A stretch of DNA of 63,976 nucleotides, counting the filler, from Octopus bimaculoides (Eukaryota), in NCBI RefSeq assembly GCF_001194135.2. It is 7 parts of 7 records of this genome, joined end to end, with 100 filler letters (N's around TTAATTAATTAA, not from the genome) between each part and the next. Parts side by side here need not be neighbours in the genome. Positions count along the whole stretch, not along the records: positions 26,212 to 40,632 come from NC_068990.1; positions 40,733 to 46,945 come from NC_069001.1; positions 47,046 to 53,694 come from NC_069003.1; 4 more parts are not named here. One strand, given 5' to 3'. The notes under the pieces were generated by a model. It saw only the letters and a program-made list of their open reading frames with translations, was not told where the DNA came from and did not search any database. The translations under genes and the position numbers were made by a program. Numbering within the stretch: the first letter of the stretch is position 1; every line of letters starts with the position of its first letter. Shown here one piece after another: positions 38,587 through 52,589 of the stretch.

Positions 38587-40615
38587 TAGAAGAGCGGGGG
38601 CAGCAGGAGAATGTGTCAGATAACTAAAAGGGAAGCTAAGAGACAGGTATATATAGCCAAGGGAGTAGCAGAAAAGAAGTTTGCCAATGTTCAGCGACGG
38701 GAGGACCAGAGAACCGAAGTCTTTCGGATTGCAAGACAGTGTGTGAGAGAAAATTGTGATGTCATAGGAGAGAAATGTGTCCACATGGATGAATGTACCC
38801 TTGCGTTTAATGATTCTGCAAAGAAAGAGGCTTGGAGAAGCCATTATGAAAGGTTGCTGAATGTGGAGAATAAATGGGAGGAGGAGAGTCTGCCAAAGGT
38901 TGACCCAATTGAGCTATCCAAATTGACAGTAGATAAAGCAATTAAGGATATCAAGACAGGGAAAGCACCTGGTGCATCAGGAACCACTGCTGGGATGCTT
39001 AATATGGGATGCTTAATATGGGATGCTTAATATTGGATGCTTGTTACCCACATCGTAAATCAGGTAGTTCATGAAGGAGTCATACCCAATGACTGGTGTA
39101 GCAGTACCATAGTCAGCTGCTACAAGGAGAAAGGTGATGCTTTAGATAGGAATAACTACAGGGGTGTCAAATTATTGGATCAGGTGATGGAAATTACAGA
39201 GAGGGTCATAGCCCAACTAATTAGGGATAGAGTTAGCCTAGATGAGATGCAGTTCAGTTTTGTGCCAGGCAGAAGCACCACTGATGCTATACTTCCGGTG
39301 AGGCAAAGATAAACCTTTGTACTTGGCTTTTGTTGACATGGAGAAAGCCTTTGACAGGGTTCTCTGATCCCTTATCTGGTGGTCAATGCGGAAACTGAGA
39401 ATAGACAAGTAGCTTGTAAGGGCTGTACAAGCTCTGCACAGGGACGCTGTCAGTAAGATGAGGGTTGCCAATAGGTATAGTGAAGAATTCCGAGTAGAAG
39501 TAGGAGTTCACCAGGGATCAGTCCTCAGCCCCCTCTTATTCATTATAGTCCTGCAGGCAATAACAGAGGAATTCAAGACAGGCTGTTCCTGGGAGCTCTT
39601 CTATGCTGATGACCTTGCTCTAATAGCCGAGTCACTGCCAGAATTGGAGACAAAGATTCCATCACATGCCAGAGGAAGAAACTAGAAGTAGTTAATAGCT
39701 TCTGCTACCTAGGCGACTAAGTCTGTTGTGGGAGTGGTTGTTCCGAGAGTGTAGTGACTAGAGTAAGAATAGCCTGGGAAAAGTTCAGGGAGCTCCTACC
39801 TCTGCTGGCAACTAAAGGCCTCTCGCTCAGGGTGAAAGGTAGACTGTATGATGCACGTGTGCGAACTGCCATGCTACACAGCAGTGAAATATGGCTATGG
39901 ATGTGTAATATCAGTGTGCATACATGACAGAGTATAAGTGCCCCGAGAGAAAAGTTGGGTATAAGAAGCATCAAATGTGGTGTGCAAGAGAGAAGACTGC
40001 GCTGGTATGGTCATGTGTTATGTATAAAGGAGGACAACTGTGTGAAGAAGTGCCACTCCCTAACTGTAGAAGGAACTTGTAGAAGAGGTAGACCCAGGAA
40101 GACATGGGGTGAGCTGGTGAAGCATGACCTTTGAACATTGGGCTTCATAGAAGCAATGACAGGAGACTGGGACCTTTGGAGATATACTGTGATTGAGAAG
40201 ACCGGGCAACTAAAGTGAGATGGCAACTAAAGTGAGACATCCAGCCCTGTTAAAAATACTCCTAATGCATTGGGCAATATGATATGCTTGAGAAGACCTG
40301 TCGAGTCAAGTAAAACCATTGTCGTAGCTGGGGCCAGTGCCCTCTGGCTGGCTCCCATGCCAATGGCATGTCAAAGGTACCATCCGAGCACCATCCGAAT
40401 GTGATTGCTGCCAGGCCCGACTCACTGGCTCCTGTGCCGGTGGAATGTAAAAAGCACCCAGTACACTCTCGGAGTGGTTGGCGTTAGGAAGGGCATCCAT
40501 CTGTAGAAACTCTGCCAGACCAGCTTGGAGCCTGGTGCAACCGCTGGCTCTCCAGACCTCAGTCAAACCATTCAACTCATGCCAGCATGGAAAACGGATG
40601 TTAATCAATGATGAT
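38585..40615 (+). mobile_element. RTE-clade LINE remnant (RT domain and 3' end), disrupted
   Basis: PNDW..STIV..YK.KGDALDRNNYRG.KLL, QFSFVPGRSTTDAI, GVHQGSVLSPLLF and YADDL motifs, with stops and frameshifts. Ends in a GAT-repeat tail. Confidence 0.9.
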
Positions 40616-40981
40616 TATATATATATATATATNNNNNNNNNNNNNNNNNNNNNNNNNNNNNNNNNNNNNNNNNNNNTTAATTAATTAANNNNNNNNNNNN
40701 NNNNNNNNNNNNNNNNNNNNNNNNNNNNNNNNATAGACCCTGCTATGTCAAGATGGACTTATATATTCTTCCTCTGCTCTCTCCCACTTGGTTTTAATAT
40801 GTTGCCACATTTGTAATATGTCTTTTTTTCTACATTTTTTCGTGCAGCTGAAGATTGCTCTTCATATTGCATTTAAGGTAATGCTCACATTACTTAAATA
40901 AATTGAAGTAGCATGAAACGTGCGTACTGCAATCACTTTTGAAATCCGTGTTGCTTATTATTTGATATATATATATGTATG

Positions 40982-41015
<34 letters not shown>

Positions 41016-42165
41016 TGTGTGTGTGTGTGTATGTATGCATGCATGTATGTATGTATGTATGTATGTATGTATGTGTGTGTGTGTGTACGTATGTGTGTGT
41101 ATGTATGTATGTATGTATGTATGTATGTATAATATATACATTCATATATGTATATGTGCTATACATACATAAAATTTACAGCTCTGGTAGAATCGACCTC
41201 GGCGGGATTTGAACTCAGAACGTAAAGACGGAGGAAATGCTGCTAAGCATTTCGTCCGGCGTGCTAACGAGTCTTATTTCTTTATTGCTCACAAGGGGCT
41301 ATTGCTGCCCACAAGGGGCTTTACGATATGGTGACTGTAATGATGATGATGATGACGACGACGACAACGACGACAATGATGATGATGGTGGTGGCGGTGG
41401 CGGTGGTGGCCGTAGTGGCGGTGTGGTAGCGTCCAACGGTTGTGATGATGATGATGATGATGATGATGGTGGTGGTGATGGTCACCAAGATCGTTCTCTC
41501 CGAGAGGATTAAGACGTCACCCTCCGCCCCGTGCACGCACGTCTATCTGACATGACTAATGCAAATAGTCATAACACACTTCAACCATACCAACTCAACT
41601 GCTGCCGCTGCTGAAGATGATGGTAATATCAAGTTGGAGATAGCGATGGTGATTGTTATGGCTAATGTGACGATGATGATGATTGATGTTCGGAGGTTGT
41701 TAGCGATCGAATGACACATCGGGTGATGATGATGATGATGATAATTATGATGGTGTATGTGCGCGCGCACTCACACACACACGCATGTATACATATATAT
41801 ATATATTATATACATAATCTTTTTATTATCTTTATCTTATGATATTTACTTTGTATTATTATATTATACTCATTTATTGTGCTTTTAATTATTAATTTTT
41901 CTATATGTGATGGTGGATTTTCATCGATGAGTTCATGAACCTTGGTTCTTTTCCCTAAAACTATATATTTTATATATATTTTATCTATAAAGCTCAATTT
42001 AATTTTAATTTTTTATAAATTGATTTTAATTGAGTTTTTACCTGTAATTTTGGATTTTGTCCCTAATATTATTATTATTATATACATATATACATATACA
42101 TATNNNNNNNNNNNNNNNNNNNNNNNNNNNNNNNNNNNNNNNNNNNNNNNNNNTATATATATATG

Positions 42166-42199
<34 letters not shown>

Positions 42200-42203
42200 C
42201 ATA

Positions 42204-43000
42204 CAGGGTGCGATGGATAGATTGTCACCATTTTATATTTTTAATTTCGCGCTTGCGCAATGTTTGCTTTTGATTTTATCGACTACACAGTATAGTAGGG
42301 TCAGTTGGGCACCGTCTGTCAGTATCATGACGCAATTCACTATACTAGAAATTTGAGTACGACATGCAGTACTGCTTGGTATTTATGCCGGAAGCTCCAA
42401 TCCGAACATTTCAGAGTGTTTCGATGCCAATCTGAGGACAGTGCAGAGGATTCAGAAAGAGTTGGATGAGTCTAATGGTGATTACGAAGGTACGGCAGTT
42501 CGGAAAACTCACACTGACTGTTCTAATAAGAAAAGAACTCCTGAATTTGTTGGTGAGATCCAGGCCATGGTAACGATCCCTCCAAGTCAATCACATCCAT
42601 CGCCAGGGACATGGGAGTATCTGTGTTTCTTATCAGGCAGGTAGAACATGAAGACATTCTGTATTTCTCATACAAGATGAGAAAAGGCCAATTCTTATCC
42701 AAAGCCACCAAGGACAAGAGGAAAGACCGCGCTATGAAGGTTTTGAACAAACTCAAGCATCCCCACCAACCGAACATGCTTTGGTTTTCCTCAGATGGTG
42801 AACACACAGAACAACCGTTGGCTTGTCGTGTCCCCAAAACATGTACAAAGAGAGATAAAAATCAAACATTCAGTCAACATCATGGTGTTTGGAGTGATCA
42901 CTAGTGATAGCGATGTTATGCCTCCATTCATCTTCCCACACGGCCTCAGATTCAACATGGAGGTCTACATCAAGTGCCTGGAGGAGGTAGTGTTGCCGAA
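42204..43000 (+). mobile_element. Tc1/mariner-superfamily transposase remnant (maT/DD37D-like)
   Basis: TA|CAGGGTG terminus. Fragments include YKMRKGQFLS, NMLWFSSD and QNNRWL...VMPPFIFPHGLR...YIKCLEEVVLP. Confidence 0.8.
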
Positions 43001-43485
43001 CACGACAAGCTGGTCGCTGGTTAATGACACATGGCACAATACACTATATTGCCTCCTCCTACTTCTGTACCTACCTCTTGTTCCCAAACGCGATTTAAGG
43101 CCATTGAACACAGCAAAGACACTCGGAACACACTACACCCAGCTCTCTCCACCCACTGTTGTACACACCCGTTGTTTCACATTAAGTGCTAGGTGGTACG
43201 GGTCAATTAAGACATAAGCGTATCGACCCCTCCATCGATCGGAACAACACAAGCAATAAGACATCTATATCAAATGATCCCACGAGTTGAAAGAGAGGAG
43301 CAGTAACAGAAGGAAAAGCTGTGTAGCTGTATTTAATATTGCTTGTTTTGATGTTCCATATTTCTACAGAAATATGGAACATCAAAACAGTAACAAATCA
43401 ATACTAATGTAGACAGCGGAGCACTAAACGATATGTATATATGCAAGTATATATATAAATATGGAAGTATTGCGTGTTGGTGTTG

Positions 43486-43521
<36 letters not shown>

Positions 43522-43683
43522 GTAGGTGTGTGTGAAGTAATTGATATCAATATAAAATGTGTGTGTGGGTGTATATATGTGTGTATATATGTATGTATAT
43601 ATACATACATAGACACACAAGTACACATGTATATATACATGCATATTTCTATGTTCATATATATGTGCGTGTGTGTGTGTGTG

Positions 43684-43726
<43 letters not shown>

Positions 43727-44300
43727 TATATACATACATGTAAATATATGTGTGTATTTATATATATATATATGTATATACAATAGTTCTACATATAAAT
43801 ATATGCGTGTATGTATGTATATATATATATATGTGTGCGCGTATATATATATACACAAACACACGCACACACATATATATATATATGCATCTATGTATGT
43901 ATATGCGTATGTATGACTATAAGTATGCATGTATGTATGTATATATAAACAGGTGTATATATTCATATATATATATGTATATATATATANNNNNNNNNNN
44001 NNNNNNNNNNNNNNNNNNNNNNNNNNNNNNNNNNNNNNNNNNNNNNNNNNNNNNNNNNNNNNNNNNNNNNNNNNNNNNNNNNNNNNNNNNNNNNNNNNNN
44101 NNNNNNNNNNNNNNNNNNNNNNNNNNNNNNNNNNNNNNNNNNNNNNNNNNNNNNNNNNNNNNNNNNNNNNNNNNNNNNNNNNNNNNNATATATATATATA
44201 TATATATACATACACATAGACTCATGATTAACTCTTTGACTGTGTCAGTGGTTCGGTCTTATTTCTTCATTTCATATTCCAGCATTGCTTCTGTAGCACC

Positions 44301-44332
<32 letters not shown>

Positions 44333-44544
44333 CACACTCATGCACTTACACGTAGAGGCAAACTCGCAAACACATACCTAAGCATACATGTCTGTGTGTG
44401 TGCCAGTATGCCTACGTACATATAAGCATACATACACAGCGCTGATTTATATACATATATATATATATGTATGTGTGTAAGGACCATATATGTATCTGAT
44501 TATATATATATAGAGAGAGAGATACATTGTTTTTTTCCTTTCTA

Positions 44545-45430
44545 TAGTTACAGCTCAGAGCTGCGGCCATGCTGATGGCCATTTTTCTGGCCATTTTTCT
44601 TTGATTGCTTCCTCCAGTTTCATTAGTTGTTGATTGTAAACGTCTGAATTGATCGTTTGGTTCCTTGGAAGCAGTTCAAAATACACAACACCTTTGTAAT
44701 CCCACCAAATTGACAGCATGACCCTTTTTTTATGCAATTCAGCTTTCGACGAGGTTTGTGCTGGTTCCTTACGCTTGGACCATGATCATTTTCGATTCAT
44801 ATTATTGTAGACAATCCATTTTTCATCACCATTGATGATTCGTTTCAAAAAGTCGATTTCTTTGCGTTTGAGATGCATATAGCAAATATTGATTCGTTGT
44901 GAAACCCAGATATTGAGCTTCTTAACGAGTCCAAGACATCTTAAGTGATTTTCAATTATTGTGTGCGATACATTTAACCTCTCTGCAATCTCTCGCACAG
45001 TTATATGACAATCGGATTCAATTATGGCTTTGATTTGGTCATCATCAATTTCAGTAGGTCGACCAGAACGTTGGTCATCTTTGAGTGAAAAAGATCCATG
45101 ACGGAATTTTTAAAACCAATTCTGATATGTGCGTTTTCTTAAGCAATCAACACCATGAACTTCACATAGCTCTTTGTGAGCCTCAGCAGCTTTCTTGCCT
45201 TTACGGAATCGAAAAGTAAACTATGGTAAAAATGTTCGTTTTTGCACTCCATATTAAAATTGTCACTGAACTAACAGCTGTGAACAAAATTACACGCAAT
45301 TCGCTTCTAAAATAAGATAAAAGCAACGGCTATCAAGGTCAAAAGGAAAAAAGCATAACATTGACAAATGTCATTCAAAAAATCCTAACTCTATTTGCGA
45401 AAAACGAAATTACTTTCTTGCAAACTCAAT
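44545..45430 (-). mobile_element. Internally deleted mariner remnant
   Basis: Transposase fragments (REIAERLNVSHTIIENHL, NGDEKWIVYNN, MLSIWWDYKGVVYFELLP) and a mariner-like TIR near 45400-45430. Confidence 0.85.
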
Positions 45431-46589
45431 GTGTGTGTATGAGGCTTCCACACAGTTTCTGTCGACCAAATTCACTTGCAAGCCATGGATAGTTGCCTGT
45501 CTAAGGTGGCTCGCGGTGGAACCGAACCCGAATCCACGTGGTTGCACAGCAAGCTTCTTAACCACAGTCAACGGCGCGTGGCTTAGTGGTTAGGTGCACT
45601 CGGCTCAGATCGTAAGGTCGTGAGTTCGATTCCCGGCGATGCGCTGTGTCCTTGAGCAGGACACTTCATTTCACATTACTCCAGTCCACTCAGCTGACAA
45701 AGATGTGTTGTACCTGTATTTCAAAGGGGCCAGCCTTGTCGCATTCTGTATCACACTGAATCTCCCTGGAAACTATGTTAAGGATACACGCGTGTCTGTG
45801 GAATACTCGACCACTTGTACGCTAATTTCACGTGCAGGATGTTCCATTGATCGGTTGAACTGGAACGAGAGCGTACCAGTTCTTAACCACGCAGCCATAT
45901 CAGCGGCTAGAATGCAGAAAATAATCCATAAAACATCACAGTGTGCCAGAATGAAGAATTTCTTTCTGATACCTAATTGGATCCAACCGTTTTTTTTTTG
46001 TTTTTTGTTTTTTTGAATCGTTTTACGTTTTTGTTATAGAATTATGAATGAGAGTGAATGTACAGGAATACCGACTGCATAGAAGTATATAAGAACTGCT
46101 GTTACTGGAATTAGATTAATTAGTGTCTGGCATAGTATGCTCTGCTTGCATATGTGTACATACATACATACACATATGCATACATATATACAGACAGGCA
46201 GGTAGGCAGACATACTTGCATAGATACATACATGCATACACACACAGGCATATATATACAATGAGCTCATTATATATATATATATATATATTCATATATA
46301 CATATGTATATAAATATATATATAACTATATATATATATATATATATAAATATATATATATATACTTATATACATATATATATATACATATGTATATATA
46401 TAAATATATATACAACTATATATATATATATATTATATATACATGCCGACATACATACTTACATACCCACGTAAATAGATGTATTTGTGAGTATATGTAT
46501 GTCTACACACACGCACATGTATGTATGTATGTATATAAATTAGTGGTATAAAATGTGGATGCAGAGAATCGTCGGTTGGCTTCTGATTT

Positions 46590-46945
46590 TAGTTTGGTAT
46601 GTATTTATGTGTGTGGAGATTTCTGCGGGACAACCTGTTGAAAGCCACCGACCAGATTTGTGGGTGGTGTAAGGTCCCCTCCCAACCCAGAGTAACGTGG
46701 TGGTGGAACAAGGAGGTAGACAGGGCTATTAGACAAAAGAAACAAGCTTGGAAGGACTGGAAGAACGGTGGTAGCAGGGAATTGTACCAATGTGCCAGAA
46801 GGGAGGCTAGGCGACAGGTTTATTTAGCCAGAGGGGAAGCAGATAAGGAAAGATTTGCCAATGTTCTGCGCCGTGAGGACCAAAGACTCGAGGTATTTCG
46901 GGTTGCAAGACAGTGTAGGAGAGAGAATAGTGATGTTGTAGGAGA
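46590..46945 (+). mobile_element. RTE LINE fragment
   Basis: TWWWNKEVDRAIRQKKQAWKDWK...FANVLRREDQRLEVFRVARQC, homologous to 38620-38760. Confidence 0.8.
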
Positions 46946-47045
46946 NNNNNNNNNNNNNNNNNNNNNNNNNNNNNNNNNNNNNNNNNNNNTTAATTAATTA
47001 ANNNNNNNNNNNNNNNNNNNNNNNNNNNNNNNNNNNNNNNNNNNN

Positions 47046-47124
47046 TGTAGTTTGGAATCAGTAGTTCTTTGACTGCTATTTCTGAATTTTCAGTATGTTG
47101 GAGAAGCAACTCAATTGCTAATCC
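47046..47124 (-). CDS. Candidate exon truncated by an assembly gap: GLAIELLLQHTENSEIAVKELLIPNY...
   Basis: atacag acceptor, phase-0 open frame continuing from ...FPAK, running into the N gap at 47045. Confidence 0.45.
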
Positions 47125-50100
47125 CTGTATATTTATGATGATATATATATATATATATATATATATGCAAACCATTTTGTTTTTACATCGATGAATAAAA
47201 CTGGGGAGTAATTAAAATTTTTTTAAAGGAATACCTGGTTAATGTGAGAGCCATTTCCATAGACTACATAGCAGGGTGCTGTATAGTCTTTTACACTGTT
47301 TTGGTTGACCCAAGGCCATAATGAAAGACATGTGTCCTCAATATGGCTGTCCAATAGGAATGAGCATGGAATCATGGGATTGTGAAACAAATTCAGCCAT
47401 GTTTGTTTATGACTAAATTAATTCGTAGCAGCATGAAATGTTTTAAATACAGAATACTGAGTGTGTGCATGTGTGTGTGTCTAAGAGAATGAGAGTGTGT
47501 ATGTGTATGAGTGAGAAAGAGTGTGAGTGTGTGCATGTATGTCAAAGAGAATCAGAGTGTATATGAGTGTATTTGTGAGTGAAAGGGTGTGCTTGCATCT
47601 ATGTATGCATGTGAGTAAGAGAGAGAGTTTAAGTGTGAGTGTATGAGACTGTGTGTATGAGTGCATGTGTGTGTGTGTGTGTGCGTGTGTGTGTGTGTGT
47701 GTGTTAGTGAAAACTGTGCATGTATGTTTGTTCCTATTATAAAAGTAATTTGTCATTTTGCTGTGTGAGCAGTCATGTTTAGTTAATCCTTTCTCACCAT
47801 CCAACATACACCAGTTGCTGTGGATTTGTCAATTATCAGTAAACAGCAATAAATAATTCAAAACTATATCACACTCAACTGGCCCTTCTCTTTTGTGCGG
47901 ATATTTGACCTGCTAGAAGCAGCAGTCGAAACTTACTGTTCAAGTGATTTTGTTCCTCATGCCACCACCATGTGTTCTTATGTTGGCAACAACAAAAGGA
48001 AGCAAATAAAAGCCAGGCTATTTGGATAAGGAGCGCTCTTCTGAATCATATGGTTTCCAGTTCAGTCCCACTCTTTTACTCTTTTACTTGTTTCAGTCAT
48101 TTGACTGTGGCCATGCTGGGGCACCACCTTTAGTCAAGCAAATTGACCCTAGGACTTATTCTTTGTAAGCCTAGTACTTATTCTATCAGTCTCTTTTGCC
48201 GAACCACTAAGTTATGGAGACGTAAAGACACCAGCATCGGTTGTCAAGCGATGTTGGGGGGACAAACACAGACACACAAACATATACACACACATACATG
48301 CATATATACGACGGACCCCCTTCAGCTTCCGTCCACCAAATCCACCCACAAGGCCTTGGTTGGCCCGAAGCTATAGTAGATGACACCTGCCCAAGGTGGT
48401 CAAGTGTTTTCTATTATAACACCAAGCTGACTAAAGCTGTGCAAGTGGATTTGATAGAAGGGAAATTGAAAGAAGCCAGTTACACACACACACACACAGA
48501 ACCATGCTTGCATCTATATACATACATATGAGGCATGATTAATTGAAAATAATGTGAATAACTAATCAGTGTGTGGTTTAGTGGTCAGGGTATTTGGCTC
48601 ATGATCATAAGGCTGTGAGTTCAATTCCTGGTGAAACATTATATCCTTGAGCAAGACACTTTATTTCATATTGCTCCAATCCACTCAGCAGGCAAAAGGG
48701 AATTGTTGACAGTGAATGGATGTGTAAAACATGGTGTCACTAAAGGTGGCTTGATCAGCTCACACACACACAATAACAAAATAACAAAAGGCAGCAATGA
48801 CTCCAATAAGAATAATAACGATTTCAAATTTTGACACAAGGCCAGCAGGTTTGGGGAATGAGCTAAGTAAGTCATCTATATCAACCCCAGTACTCAACTG
48901 GTACTTATTTTATCACCCCTCTCCACCCCCAAACAGGATGAACGTCAAAGTCAACTTCTGCGGAGTTTGTGACTCAGAATGTAAATATGGATGGGAGGCT
49001 GCTAAGCATTCTGCTTGGCATGGTAACAGTTCTGCCAGCTCACCGCCTTTAACAACAACAACAACAGCAGCAGCAGCAGCAGCAGCAACAACAACAACAA
49101 CAACAAGCACAACACAAAAAAAAAGAAAGAAAGAATACTTACATAGTTTTCAGGATGAAGCTTGATCAGAAATTTTTTGCGTTTGAAACTTAGTTTTCTA
49201 ATTTTGGCCCATGAAAATGTGTTGATTTTAGTCAGGTTTTGGAATACAACAATACCCATGTGTGCTACCGATAGACTAAGATGAACGCCTTCATGGTCCT
49301 GTGGGGAGAGAGAGAGAGGGAGACAAAGTGAGAGAGAGACAAAGTGAGAGAGACAGACAAAGTGAGAGAGACAGACAAAGTGAGAGAGACAGACAAAGTG
49401 AGAGAGAGAGAGAAAGTGAGAGAGAGAGAGAAAGTGAGAAAGTGAGAGAGACAGAGTAGCAAAACAGAGATTAGACAGAGAGAGCTGAGACAGAGAAGGC
49501 AGAGAATGAGAGAGTAAGAGACAGAATAGAGAGAAGAGAGAGGAGTTACAAAGGAAAGGAGAGGAAAGAAAAACAGAAAGTGAAAATGTGTGCGCATTTA
49601 TGTAGAATTAACAAGAAGGACAATGACAACAATAACAGCAATAAAGTTGAAGATGATTAGGAGAAGAATGGTTAGGAGACTGTTGTTGATGTAAGAACCG
49701 TTTTATCCATGTCTGGGTATCTCNNNNNNNNNNNNNNNNNNNNNNNNNNNNNNNNNNNNNNNNNNNNNNNNNNNNNNNNNNNNNNNNNNNNNNNNNNNNN
49801 NNNNNNNNNNNNNNNNNNNNNNNNNNNNNNNNNNNNNNNNNNNNNNNNNNNNNNNNNNNNNNNNNNNNNNNNNNNNNNNNTGATGACGATGATGATGATG
49901 ATGATGATGATGATAAACTGTGATATTTGTGGTGGTGTAAAGAGTGATGACGACAAACAATGGTCATTGTTCATGGTACCGGCAATGATGACAGAGATAG
50001 GAGCAACAATGGCGATGGTTGTAACAATGGTAATGATGATGATGATGATGATGATAGTAACGATCCTCAATGCTTGTGATGACAATAACATTGTCAGCAG

Positions 50101-50552
50101 CATTAATGACAATGAAGGTGATGATGGTGATGATGATGGTGGTGATGATCGTGATGGTGACAGTACCATTGACAACGACAATAACAACAGCAATAATATT
50201 GAAGGAGAAGGATGATGACAAATGCTTAAGTCCTTTACATCACTACCAGTCTCCTCCTCCTCCTCATCATCATCATTATTATTATTATTATCACAATAAT
50301 GAGAAAGACTCAAAACTGCTATCAAAAAAAAAAAAAACTTAAGTAATCAAAAAAGAAAGTGGCAATGAAATGAAATGAAATTACAACAACAGCAGCAGCA
50401 GCAGCAACAATACCATGATTTAAATATCAAGTTTCTGAAATCTCCTCACTCCTACCACCAAAAAAAGAAGAAAAAAAAAAACCAAACAAGAAGAATAAAA
50501 AGGAACCTAATTAATTATAAGAAAAAACTCTAAAATTTCCTTCAGAACTCAC

Positions 50553-50640
50553 CTTCGCTGGAAAATTTCGTATTCCATATTGTTCTACTTTCCTTGCTGT
50601 ATCTAATAAATTTAAGTCAGCCTCCGAAGGACCTTGGCCA
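50553..50640 (-). CDS. Candidate exon: GQGPSEADLNLLDTARKVEQYGIRNFPAK
   Basis: gtgttcag acceptor and AAG|gtgagt donor. Phase 2 start, phase 0 end. Only weak resemblance to the P4HA FPxxEDxxGAAxAL segment. Confidence 0.65.
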
Positions 50641-51245
50641 CTGAACACAGCAACAGGAGATAGAAAGACAAACACAGAGAGTAAAGAGAGAGAAAAATTA
50701 ATAAATAGAGAGAGAGTTTGTGATACATGTTGATTTATTACATGTCACACATGGAGTTACTTGTGTGTGTATACATCACATAGGCACACACAATGTTACA
50801 AAGAGACCTCATTACTTACATGTTACACAAACCATCTACAAGGCTACTCATAAGTTACATGTCACACAGAAGTAAAACTATAAAGACATATTTGCTACAT
50901 TGGTGTGTACTTGTCACAAGTGATATAATGAGTGACAGAGGTTTGTGACTTACATGTGATACAATATGAAGCAAAGAGAATAATTTTCTAATATGTTTGA
51001 TACAAAATTCGTCACAATGTAACTTGTGCCCTTGATATACACATACACAAAGAAATACACATGTGGCACAAAATGTTATTAACTAGAACTCTGTTACTTG
51101 TGACAAGAGAAATTTACCTAAAGGTGAGGATGATGTAACAGTGTTGCAAAATGTTACACAGACCTAAAAATGTATTATTTAGCATAAAGTGTGCCACAAG
51201 GTTTCATGAGATCTTGTGGCAGATCAATGCAGGGAGCATCTAAAC

Positions 51246-51563
51246 CAATAGTTCTCAACCAGGGTCCATACATGACTTTTTGGGACCCAAACTAACAAAA
51301 CAGTAAACTGGGGACCCACGGTAGTATTTTAAGGGTCCACAAAAAGTTTTGCTTTAGATGTATTTACTGCAAGAAACAGCCAGGTTTCTTTCCCTGACAT
51401 TTATAGTTCATCCTATGGAAGTGAATGAGTGAATTGAATAGCAAAATGGGAATTCTGAAAGAAGTATCTTTAAGATTAGTTCTTAAACATCGAATGGCTA
51501 TAGGGGGCCACAAGAATAAAATAGTAAACAAAGGGATCCATAATGGGGTTCTGAGAACCACTG
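51246..51563. mobile_element. hAT-like MITE
   Basis: Termini caatagttctcaacc ... ggttctgagaaccactg. TSD degraded (atctaaac / ctttaaat). Confidence 0.6.
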
Positions 51564-52312
51564 CTTTAAATGGTTGCTCGACCTGCTAGAAACAGCAGCT
51601 AAATCTCATCCAAAATTACATCCTGGCAGTTTTTAGTTTGTAGTAGAAAAGAGAGTTTTAGCTCTTCATAAAATGCACTTGCCATGCCTTAGGCCCTCAA
51701 TTTCTACTGGAAGATACTAGTGTGTAAGGATGTGGTTGTAACATTTGGCATACTCAAGGCATTTTAAAACCTGGGTGGGTTGGTCGGTATCAAATGGTTG
51801 TGTGATACAAAGAGTTACATTAAACAACAGAAGAAATTCTTCATTATGTAACACAGCATCATTAAACAGAACTTGGAGTATATGGCCTGGTCACATGTAC
51901 CATGTTTGCACTAATTGATTTGGGTGCTTACATAGTCATGAGTAGACATAGACTCCCTCTCGACTCTCCCACCCTTTGATCTAGTGCCACACTTAAGATG
52001 TGGTACAAATAATTAACAATTACACAATCAAGAAATCATTATGTAACCAATGTTACAAGTGTCACAAGTACCATCAAAGAGATTACTCATGGAATACAAC
52101 AGTAAAAAACATAGATCATCTTTACATAACACAAACAATGTTACATATGTGACAAACAGTGTCAGACCTGTATCAAACAAAAAAGTAACATCAAACTTGT
52201 ATGTAATACAACAGTAACAAAAAAGACAATCTTCATGTAAGACAAGCAATATTACATCTGTGTCATAATATGAAACAACATTAAACAGGAGAAAGAGAGT
52301 AGAGTCACTCAC

Positions 52313-52436
52313 ATGTGTTGTCTGTGATATTCCATAATCTTAAGATCGAGATCAGGAGATTGATGAGGCACAAATTTATGGAGACTCAAATAGGATTCAT
52401 CTAAATATTCGTCTTCTAAGAAGTCACCAATTTCAG
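52313..52436 (-). CDS. Candidate exon: (S)EIGDFLEDEYLDESYLSLHKFVPHQSPDLDLKIMEYHRQH(I)
   Basis: tttttaatcttcag acceptor and gtgagt donor. Open frame, phase 1 start and phase 2 end, fitting both neighbours. Confidence 0.65.
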
Positions 52437-52547
52437 CTGAAGATTAAAAAGAAATATTCACATATTTAGAACTCAACAATTCTCATTCCCATTCCATCGT
52501 CACCATCATTTAATATCCCTATTCTATGCATTGTTCTAAACATTCAC

Positions 52548-52589
52548 AACTGTCTGATGATCTATTACCTGAAACCTTGAGTAACAGTT
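52548..52589 (+). ncRNA. Decayed minimal hammerhead motif
   Basis: AACTGT-CTGATGA-tctattacct-GAAAC-cttga-GTA-ACAGTT. Intact core, 6-bp stem I and GUA triplet, but stem II is unpaired. Confidence 0.5.

Noticed and set aside
38992-39042. Triplicated 14-mer gggatgcttaatat
   Set aside because: A local slippage duplication inside a dead RTE copy. It is not a CRISPR-like or functional array because there are no spacers.
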